From Candidatus Yanofskybacteria bacterium (GTDB lineage Bacteria; Patescibacteriota; Minisyncoccia; JACQLN01): 64,000 bases of DNA. The stretch spans positions 1,290-65,289 of the forward strand of contig CALRHC010000002.1 in NCBI GenBank assembly GCA_943359335.1, given 5' to 3'. The position numbers were made by a program, and so were the translations under genes. This document shows positions 63,146 to 64,000 of the stretch, piece by piece (within the stretch, counting starts at the first letter, position 1; every line of letters begins with the position of its first letter). The notes beneath the pieces are model-generated. The model did not search any database and was not told where the DNA came from. It worked only from the letters and a program-made list of their open reading frames with translations.

Positions 63146-64000
63146 TTACGGTTGAGGGATGTTTTGTGTCTGCAGAGGTGCTGTTTCTGTACTAATTACA
63201 GGTATTGGTCCAAACCAACTTCTTATTGCAGTCTCCCAATTATTAAACATTGGATCCGCAGACGGATTAGAAGGATTTGAGCCAGTAGGGTCATCTTTTT
63301 TTATATAATATAAAACAGAATGTATTTCTCCGTTTATTAAATATTGTCCATTTAAAATCGGCTTAGAAACTTCTGGAAAATGTGGTGGCGTAAAACTTTC
63401 TGGGGCTAAATTTAATTTATCGAAAGCGCGCGCCATAAAGTCGTGCCAAATTGGAGCAGCAACATAAGACCCTGGTTCTTGTTTAATGGGCGTATTGTCA
63501 TTATTACCAACCCAAACACCGGCAACTAAAGAAGGTGTATAACCCATTGTCCAACCATCTCTAAATTCATTTGTGGTACCGGTTTTTGCAGCAATAGGTC
63601 TATCTGTAAAAAATAACGGACTACGCGCGCCAAAAGTTGGAGTTCGTGCAGCATTATCGGAAAGAATATTTGTTACCATTCTAGAAACCTCTGTATCTAA
63701 AACCTGAACTGGTTCGTCTTTATATTCTTCTAAAACATTTCCCCTATTATCTTCTATACGCAAAATAGATGAAACTGGATGTTTAACACCTTCCGTAGCA
63801 AAGGCCCCATAAGCCGAGGCCATTTCTAAAAGCTTAACTTCACCTCCCCCTAAAACCAAAGATAAACCAAATCTAGATCTATCTTTTAATGTAGTAATTC
63901 CCATATCTTCAGCTGTGTTTATAGAATCATCTACTCCAGCTAAATAAAGAAGTTGAACCGCGGGAATGTTTAAAGAGTTAGCCAGAGCCTGCCTCACTGT
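63146..64000 (-). CDS. penicillin-binding protein, class A transpeptidase C-terminal region (partial; N-terminus beyond window)
   Basis: KTGT motif (AAKTGTTNEF), 283 aa in-frame to window edge. Confidence 0.85.
   Translation of the reverse strand, partial: TVRQALANSLNIPAVQLLYLAGVDDSINTAEDMGITTLKDRSRFGLSLVLGGGEVKLLEMASAYGAFATEGVKHPVSSILRIEDNRGNVLEEYKDEPVQVLDTEVSRMVTNILSDNAARTPTFGARSPLFFTDRPIAAKTGTTNEFRDGWTMGYTPSLVAGVWVGNNDNTPIKQEPGSYVAAPIWHDFMARAFDKLNLAPESFTPPHFPEVSKPILNGQYLINGEIHSVLYYIKKDDPTGSNPSNPSADPMFNNWETAIRSWFGPIPVISTETAPLQTQNIPQP

Noticed and set aside
1-64000. CRISPR arrays, integrases/transposases, rRNA genes
   Set aside because: No regularly spaced direct repeats with unique spacers, no recognisable transposase/integrase ORFs and no rRNA-like sequence were seen. 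The repeats found are dispersed single copies, not arrays.

Overview
This 64-kb window is low-GC, gene-dense bacterial chromosome, mostly transcribed on the minus strand. By my reading the gene content is that of a small-genome, possibly Patescibacteria/CPR-like organism (inference).

Core genes:
- Aminoacyl-tRNA synthetases: leuS, metG, ileS, glyQS.
- Translation: smpB-ssrA(tmRNA)-infC-rpmI-rplT, rpsT, tRNA-Leu(CAA).
- DNA replication/repair: polA, polX, holA, uvrB, ruvA, ruvB, recO, mutM, family-4 UDG, ogt-like, rnhB, tatD, MazG, NUDIX.
- tsaC/tsaE, glyA, msrAB.
- A csoR-copA copper operon with a CsoR-type operator.
- A PilB/GspE ATPase, a truncated class A PBP at the 3' edge, a HicAB toxin-antitoxin pair, and many small membrane proteins.

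Unusual signals:
1. Four families of conserved intergenic repeats with hairpin architecture. An approx 65-nt core occurs 3 times and each copy is closed by a different, locally complementary stem; there is also a 38-nt palindrome, a shared 47-nt 5' leader, and a 70-nt hairpin with a compensatory base change.
2. IleRS carries an approx 200-aa histidine-phosphatase (PGAM-like RHG...SH) domain inserted between CP1 and KMSKS.
3. Several discrete GC-rich islands: a 157-aa ORF, a 3-gene/ncRNA-like block with a consensus promoter, a lipoprotein, and an 876-aa secreted Ig-repeat/PKD/dockerin protein.
4. A translationally coupled operon of four small (59-71 aa) proteins next to an S8 protease and a 6-TM MFS-like protein.
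5. A DEDD-exonuclease-WYL plus DUF458 pair flanked by GTAATTAC palindromes, beside a four-helix-bundle (IVS/Avd-like) protein.
6. Two paralogous secreted proteins with near-identical N-termini flanking hicAB.
7. A candidate approx 165-nt structured RNA between pilB and ruvB.

All coordinates are hand-indexed and may be off by a few nt.
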